Positions 58,785 to 64,000 of a DNA stretch of 64,000 nucleotides are shown here, one piece after another. Both the position numbers and the translations under genes were made by a program. The DNA comes from an uncultured Gammaproteobacteria bacterium (lineage in GTDB: Bacteria > Patescibacteriota > Patescibacteriia > Patescibacteriales > WJLG01): contig CAZJPG010000002.1 in assembly GCA_964547855.1 (NCBI GenBank), positions 41,797 to 105,796 on the forward strand, in the 5' to 3' direction. The notes below the pieces were generated by a model. The model was given only the letters and a program-made list of their open reading frames with translations. It made no database searches and was not told the DNA's origin. The stretch's first letter is position 1. The number at the start of each line of letters is the position of its first letter.

Positions 58785-59927
58785 ATGGAAGAAATTATCA
58801 AGAAGAAGCCGTATGTACGAAAAAGGCTGCCCGTCAAAAAGCTTATGAGGCGTTTTTGGGAGGTGGCCAAGGGCTTAGGACTTGATGTTCCCGCGTTGAG
58901 GAAGGAAGCATATGACATTTGCCGCATGAACGTTTCGGAACAGGAAAGAAGTTTGTGGCCGGAAGATCCTTCTGTTTGCAGGGGGTTCCATGATAGGTTT
59001 TTCTATTATCCGGTCAGAGAACGGCCAGGCAGACCTCCAGCAAAAAAAGAGGTCGATATAGTCATAAAGGAGATTTCACAGAGCGAAAAGAAAAAGACAA
59101 AGAAAAAGACGAAAACAAGGAAAAAGAGAAAAAAGAAAGACGTCAAAGTCGTGGTTGAAAAAAAGAGGATGCGCAAGAGTTCCAAGTTTTTGTCGTTCGT
59201 CGATCGCAAAGAAGCAGCTCCTGTCATAGACCTTAAATTGCCCCCGGAAGGCGAAAGAAAAAGTCAGACACTTATCGAGAGAGGCGCTTTTTCCTTTTGG
59301 TCGGCAAAAAACATGACTGATGATCTGTACGCCGCCAAAAAGAGGATCGATTTGGCTCGCAACCCTGATCTCTGTCATAGTAAATACGTTAGCGACTTGG
59401 ATATCTCGATCAAATTGAACATGAGGCCAAGCGCCAATTTGCCAAGCGTTTTTTCCGGCACTAGAAGTATTAAGTCAGAGAGATGGGAAAGCGTCTTTAT
59501 CGTCGAATGGGTCCATGAGAGATATTTAAATCTTAATATCTTGCACAGCGATCCTGAGTTGATCGACATGTTCTCTTTGGTCCTTGGTTTTTTTCCTCAT
59601 AGCTGGTGCTACGAGGATTTTCTGGGAATGTTGACTTTTAAATGGGATTTCAAACATCGCGATCAAGATTCGGCAACGGTCAAGGCATTCGTCATTGAGG
59701 CCGAAGAAGCTCTTCTTAAGGCAATAGAGGAGGACAGTGGCGGAATGATCTTGCCGTCAAAGCCAAAGTCGCGAAGACCCAGAAAAAAAGAACCACAACC
59801 GTCAAACGCCAAAAAACGTCGAGGAAAGAAAGCTAAAAGTTTCGTCGATGTCGTCGCGTTCAAAGAAGAGGATGTGGAAGCTGAAGTGAATAATTTTTTC
59901 GAGACAGTGGCAGAGATGATTATTTGA
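58785..59927 (+). CDS. Hypothetical cytoplasmic protein with two extremely Lys/Arg-rich patches
   Basis: KKKTKKKTKTRKKRKKK and KSRRPRKKEPQPSNAKKRRGKKAK. No signal peptide. GC-richer than neighbours. GGGGAAAATG RBS. Confidence 0.45.
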   Translation: MEEIIKKKPYVRKRLPVKKLMRRFWEVAKGLGLDVPALRKEAYDICRMNVSEQERSLWPEDPSVCRGFHDRFFYYPVRERPGRPPAKKEVDIVIKEISQSEKKKTKKKTKTRKKRKKKDVKVVVEKKRMRKSSKFLSFVDRKEAAPVIDLKLPPEGERKSQTLIERGAFSFWSAKNMTDDLYAAKKRIDLARNPDLCHSKYVSDLDISIKLNMRPSANLPSVFSGTRSIKSERWESVFIVEWVHERYLNLNILHSDPELIDMFSLVLGFFPHSWCYEDFLGMLTFKWDFKHRDQDSATVKAFVIEAEEALLKAIEEDSGGMILPSKPKSRRPRKKEPQPSNAKKRRGKKAKSFVDVVAFKEEDVEAEVNNFFETVAEMII

Positions 59928-59944
59928 CCTGTTGAGAAGTAATG

Positions 59945-59977
59945 ACCGGCGTCGCGAAATGCGCCGGTCTTTTTTAT
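59945..59977 (+). terminator. Rho-independent terminator
   Basis: gaccggcg, loop tcgcgaaat, cgccggtc, then ttttttat. Confidence 0.65.
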
Positions 59978-60228
59978 CGGATTCCCCGTATTTATTGGCT
60001 ATAAAAGTAAAAAAGCATCGCATTGTTGATCTATAAAAAAACATCCTTTGAATTATTTTAAAAAAAGTGCTATTATTAAATTGTGATAGTTTTCAGGGTT
60101 CTGTTCATTGGCAAGGAATTGATCGCCCCTCCAATTGATCGGTTCTAAGTCTTTGAACAGAATTTTGGAAGCTATACAAAAAAAGCCACGGAAAAATATC
60201 CGTGGCTTTTGCCTTTTCTGGCATTGTT

Positions 60229-60996
60229 TTAAAAAATGTTCACATTGCAGATACCACTGCAATTTTTTTTGACTTCGCCGGAAACTTTGGCGAAGCAGTT
60301 CACTGATGCTATTCCGCTGGAATCGACGAAAAGGTTTTTTCGTATTACACCAGATATATCGGTATCGAAGAGCCCTGACGCTTCGATTTCTATTTCTTCC
60401 ATTTCTCCGGACATGTTAAAGGTGTTTTTCCCGGAGGATCTCACTTTTACATTTCCAAAGACGTTGTTGGCTTCTGTTTCGGTCTCTCCGGAGCAAGTGA
60501 TTTCGAGATCTTTGACCCCGATTATTTTTGCTTTGGATTTTCCAAACATCTCGATAGTTAAATCGCCATTTATGCCGGCAATCAACGAATCAGAAAAATT
60601 CTTTGATATTATCCCGATTCCCATTGGAACCATGATAATGATCTGGGGTTCTTTTTTCTGACCATTGTTACTGGATACTACGTTGATCCCATTGCCAGAA
60701 GTAAAGACGTTCGAATTATTCGCGGATGAACTTCTGACCGAAAGCCTGCCGTTTTCACAGCTGATAGCGAGTTCTTTGATGAACTCATCATCGGCATCGA
60801 CCAGGATCTCGACGTAGTTGTTCGGGCTTTTGATGACCGACACTTTTCCGGTAAGGCCATACATCCTTAGCGATACGCAATGATCGAAGATCCTTTGGTA
60901 TGCGCTATTCCTGATGGAACTTGCTAAGGCAAGTACGTCTTTAACATCGAAAACAGCTTTAACATCGAAAACAGCGGACTGACTGCTACTACTCAT
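60229..60996 (-). CDS. Putative beta-helical adhesin-like protein (DUF2807/DUF4097-like repeats)
   Basis: Repeated SG-x-(I/V)-x-V blocks (SGEMEEIEIEASGLFDTDISGVIRKNLFVDSSGIASV). This is a pattern-level call only. Confidence 0.4.
   Translation of the reverse strand: MSSSSQSAVFDVKAVFDVKDVLALASSIRNSAYQRIFDHCVSLRMYGLTGKVSVIKSPNNYVEILVDADDEFIKELAISCENGRLSVRSSSANNSNVFTSGNGINVVSSNNGQKKEPQIIIMVPMGIGIISKNFSDSLIAGINGDLTIEMFGKSKAKIIGVKDLEITCSGETETEANNVFGNVKVRSSGKNTFNMSGEMEEIEIEASGLFDTDISGVIRKNLFVDSSGIASVNCFAKVSGEVKKNCSGICNVNIF
60941..60976 (-). repeat. In-frame 18-bp perfect tandem duplication at the 5' end of the 60229..60996 gene
   Basis: ttaacatcgaaaacagc(t) appears twice, encoding the repeated VFDVKA and VFDVKD. 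Confidence 0.8.
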
Positions 60997-61083
60997 TCAT
61001 TAACTCCTTAAAATTGTTACAGATACTTTACGCGGCTATTTTGAGCCGTAACTCTTTGAATCCTTCAATTCGCTTTCGGGGTT

Positions 61084-61449
61084 TTAAAGATGTTCTTTTA
61101 CTGCTTTCCAGACCAAGTTTATTATCTCCGAATTGGAAATATTCCCAAAGTCTGGCTCATTGTCGGCTTTGTCAAAGTCGGGGATTTTCCCGATTCTGTC
61201 TTCGGCAAAACTGCCATCTTCTGCAATGAAAAATGTTTTTCTTGAATATCTTTTGTCTTTGAGAAACAAGCCGAAACCGACTAAGTTACTCTCAAAAGGA
61301 AAAAAGACAATGTTTAATTCAGTGCCATTGATATTTACGGGGATAGGGGAGTCTTTCGAGCCTTTAAGAAAGACAATGCTGGCACAGTCAAAAAAAAGAC
61401 AGGCCTCTCTTACTGAAATGCCACTGTTTCTTTTGATCAAATCATTCAT
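61084..61449 (-). CDS. Hypothetical small protein (121 aa)
   Basis: ORF upstream of, and co-oriented with, the adhesin-like gene. Confidence 0.4.
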   Translation of the reverse strand: MNDLIKRNSGISVREACLFFDCASIVFLKGSKDSPIPVNINGTELNIVFFPFESNLVGFGLFLKDKRYSRKTFFIAEDGSFAEDRIGKIPDFDKADNEPDFGNISNSEIINLVWKAVKEHL

Positions 61450-61637
61450 TTTTGTATCCTTTGTTAAATTGTCAAAGATCGCATTTTACTAATATTATCA
61501 TAGCATATTTTATTGATTTTGTCAATATAAAACAGGCTGTTTTTTGGGTTATTTTAAAGTAGCTAATATTATTTGACATTTTTAGGTTTTTTTGTTAAAT
61601 TGCTTTGATTTGATATAAATAAATACTAATATTCAAT

Positions 61638-62585
61638 ATGAACGAACACGAACTGTATCTTTCCGTGGCCGTCCCTGTCTATAACGAAGAGGGAGCTGTC
61701 GCCGACCTGCATGCCAAGATCTTGGCCGCTTGCCAAAAAATAAACAAACCTTTCGAGATCATCTTCGTCAATGATGGCTCATCTGATAAGACGGCCGAGA
61801 TATTGAAGACTCTTAAACCGGTCAAGGTGGTCAATTTCCGTAAGAACTTCGGACAGACCGCGGCTATGGATGCCGGCATAAAAGTCGCCAAGGGTTATTA
61901 TGTTGCCACTTTGGACGGCGACGGACAGAACGACCCGGCCGACATCGAACGCTTGATCGCTAAGTTGGAAGCCGATGATTTGGATGTCGTCTCTGGCTGG
62001 CGCAAGAATCGCAAAGATAAGTTCTTTAAGAAATTCTTCTCTCGCTGTGCCGCATTAGTCAGAAAGATACTTATCAACGACGGAATTCATGACAGCGGCT
62101 GCTCGCTTAAAGTCTATAAAAGAGAGTGCTTCAAACATATCGATTTGGCCGGTGAGATGCACCGTTTTATTCCAGCCATTCTTAAGATCAAGGGGTTTCA
62201 CGTCGGTGAGTTAGAGGTCGCTCATCACCCGCGTACGACCGGTAAGACCAAATACAACTTCAAGAGAGGATTTAAGGGGATTCTGGATATGATGTCTATC
62301 TGGTTCTGGAAGAAATATAATAGCCGCCCATTGCATTTCTTCGGTGGTATCGGCATCGCCTTGGTCTCTTTGTCTGTTTTCTCTGGCGTCGTCTCGGTCT
62401 ATCAGAAGATATTCATGCATCGCGACCTTTCCAATACTTCTTTTACTGAACTTTCGATGTTCGGTTTCATGATCGGTCTGCAGTTCTTCGTCTTCGGCTT
62501 AATTGCCGACATTCTCTCCAAGACCTATTTCAATGTCGCTAAAGACAAGGTCTATGACATTAAAGACGTAATCGAGAATAAATAA
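61638..62585 (+). CDS. Polyprenyl-phosphate glycosyltransferase, GT2 (GtrB/ArnC/DPM1-like) with C-terminal TM helices
   Basis: LSVAVPVYNEEGAV, FEIIFVNDGSSDKT, DGDGQNDPADI, and two C-terminal TM helices. Confidence 0.85.
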   Translation: MNEHELYLSVAVPVYNEEGAVADLHAKILAACQKINKPFEIIFVNDGSSDKTAEILKTLKPVKVVNFRKNFGQTAAMDAGIKVAKGYYVATLDGDGQNDPADIERLIAKLEADDLDVVSGWRKNRKDKFFKKFFSRCAALVRKILINDGIHDSGCSLKVYKRECFKHIDLAGEMHRFIPAILKIKGFHVGELEVAHHPRTTGKTKYNFKRGFKGILDMMSIWFWKKYNSRPLHFFGGIGIALVSLSVFSGVVSVYQKIFMHRDLSNTSFTELSMFGFMIGLQFFVFGLIADILSKTYFNVAKDKVYDIKDVIENK

Positions 62586-62645
62586 TCGATAATATAAAAA
62601 CAAGCCCCGCAAAGGCTTGTTTTTATATTTCTTCAAATCGATCTT

Positions 62646-62840
62646 TTATTCGGCTATGGTAAATGCTCCGTAGGCGCAACTTCTAACGCACAAACCGCAA
62701 GATATGCATTTCTCTTTGTCTATTTCCGGAGCGTTATATCCGTCCTGGTTTATGGCTCCTGCTGGGCAGGCTCCGACCAACGGACAAGCGTGGTTTTGTG
62801 GGCAAAGTTCTTTTTTTACGATGATATTGTTTTTGCTCAT
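62646..62840 (-). CDS. 4Fe-4S ferredoxin-like small protein
   Basis: I start at the internal Met MSKNNIIVKKELCPQNHACPLVGACP...CISCGLCVRSC. Confidence 0.5.
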   Translation of the reverse strand: MSKNNIIVKKELCPQNHACPLVGACPAGAINQDGYNAPEIDKEKCISCGLCVRSCAYGAFTIAE

Positions 62841-63004
62841 ATTTTTTGTTGGGTATTTAATTATTTGCTTTTTGATAATACAACAATAAAGATTATTTAT
62901 CAATTTTTTAGAAAGCATTGATTTTAGATCTGATCATGAAATAAAAAAACCGCAAACCATTTTTTTGGGTTGCGGTTTCAAAGGACTCAGGCTTTACCGG
63001 TTTT

Positions 63005-63298
63005 CTAGATCTTGCTAAGGAAGTCTTCCGTGAAAGCGGAGAATCTTGAGACGTCTTCGAAATTATTGACATATCCGAATGAGGCCCTGATCGCCCCTAT
63101 CGGTTTCCCATCCGAGAATTCGGCCAGCTTCTCTATACTTATTTGATGAGGGAGAATTTTGTCGTTGTATATCTTCTCATAGACATTAATAGTGTAGCCG
63201 AACGTCTTTTCGTTGGCTCCGGGGTTGCAAAAACATCCTGTTCTTACGAATATCTTCTCCAAGTCGGCTGCTTTCTCAAATTCCCAAGCATTGATCAC
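63005..63298 (-). pseudogene. C-terminal fragment of a NifS/MOCOS-like class V aminotransferase (gene remnant)
   Basis: Only about 97 aa remain, carrying VRTGCFCNPGA, the class-V aminotransferase/Moco-sulfurase C-terminal motif. No upstream PLP-binding part is present. The fragment abuts a perfect palindrome (cttaagtga...tcacttaag) at 63295..63325. Confidence 0.45.
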
Positions 63299-63317
63299 TT
63301 AAGTGATTCTCTTTGTT

Positions 63318-63656
63318 TCACTTAATAAACCGAACAATTGATTTTAGAACGAATTTAGGGGGTTTGAATTTAACATTGTCGCAAGCGATTTTGAAAGCCG
63401 CGCCAGGAATCTTTCCTTCGCTAATAACTTTCCTGTAGGCCTTTATCCATGGCTGGATCGTTATAGACAAAATGACATCGAGCACCAGCAATACCAGTAA
63501 TCCCCATAAAAATACATGGATAAAAACACTTCTGTAGGGCAAGTCTGCGAAAAGCATTACAATACCGGCTATTGTCAGGGAAGTGACGAACCAGAAAATG
63601 ACAACTACGAGAATTTCCTGGACTACCTGTTTGAAAACATTCTTTTTACGCATCAA
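63318..63656 (-). CDS. Hypothetical small membrane protein (two TM helices)
   Basis: VVVIFWFVTSLTIAGIVMLF and VFLWGLLVLLVLDVILSITI. Confidence 0.4.
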   Translation of the reverse strand: MMRKKNVFKQVVQEILVVVIFWFVTSLTIAGIVMLFADLPYRSVFIHVFLWGLLVLLVLDVILSITIQPWIKAYRKVISEGKIPGAAFKIACDNVKFKPPKFVLKSIVRFIK

Positions 63657-63723
63657 GCACTCCTTCTTTTTTGTTCCGTCAAAACAAACTCCTAAATGTA
63701 AAAATGAATAAACTGTAAAATTA

Positions 63724-64000
63724 TCAGCGTGAAGATTTTATCTGATCGGCGTAAATATTAAGCCAGCCTTCTTTGTAGAACCAGTCTGGGGCTATGCTCC
63801 CGTTCAGCACACCTTCTTCTTTGAGGGTTTGATGCTCCCACACGCAGTAATGTTCGGAACCGCGGATCTCGCTGCTGCCGAATTGTTTTATGACCGGCGA
63901 GCTTAATCCTTTTTTATTCAAAACATTTTGCGGATGATCATAGGGTGGGTTGAATCCACCGCTGACAGAGATGTACTTATTCTCTTGATTCAGGGAGGCG
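63724..64000 (-). CDS. 3' part of an amino-methyltransferase-like gene running off the window edge
   Basis: The minus-strand frame stays open to position 64000 (...ISVSGGFNPPYDHPQNV-L-NKKGL...). The track start at 63921 is a TTG shown as M. FNPPY is the (D/N)PP(Y/F) motif IV of N6/N4 amino-MTases. Confidence 0.45.
   Translation of the reverse strand, partial: ASLNQENKYISVSGGFNPPYDHPQNVLNKKGLSSPVIKQFGSSEIRGSEHYCVWEHQTLKEEGVLNGSIAPDWFYKEGWLNIYADQIKSSR

Noticed and set aside
63921-63923. The ORF-track start codon of the last minus-strand gene as a true ATG start
   Set aside because: The codon is TTG and the frame stays open upstream to the window edge, so the gene is 5'-truncated by the window rather than starting here. 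This also shows the track renders alternative starts as M.

Overview
The window reads as a low-GC (roughly 40% by eye), gene-dense bacterial chromosome segment with short intergenic spacers. I infer a reduced-genome Patescibacteria/CPR-type organism from the truncated TsaB, the atpZ-led ATP synthase operon, the abbreviated dcw cluster and the many secreted or lipoproteins; this assignment cannot be verified here. Housekeeping content: ftsZ; a class I aldolase-like gene plus gpmI; rplJ-rplL; a complete atpZ-atpBEFHAGDC F1F0 operon; mraZ-rsmH-ftsL-ftsI-murF; rplU; recR; ybaB; dnaB; tRNA-Lys(TTT) and tRNA-Thr(TGT); an MTTase-family radical SAM gene; and galE. Accessory content: a surface-glycan locus (Wzz-like, O-antigen-ligase-like, radical SAM, methyltransferase, two GT4, RmlA-like, GT2, GtrB-like GT2) with a family of structured repeats interleaved. 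There are at least four GC-richer patches carrying secreted or lipoproteins, plus a cluster of CAP-domain and FG-GAP surface proteins. Three paralogous lipoprotein genes are present, two of them a mosaic tandem duplicate. There is an orphan promoter-to-terminator unit next to the tRNAs, and a tRNA-Lys 3' direct repeat that looks like a recombination footprint. I found no CRISPR array, rRNA, transposase or integrase ORF. The ORF track appears to translate alternative start codons as M (TTG at 63921), so some listed starts are provisional.
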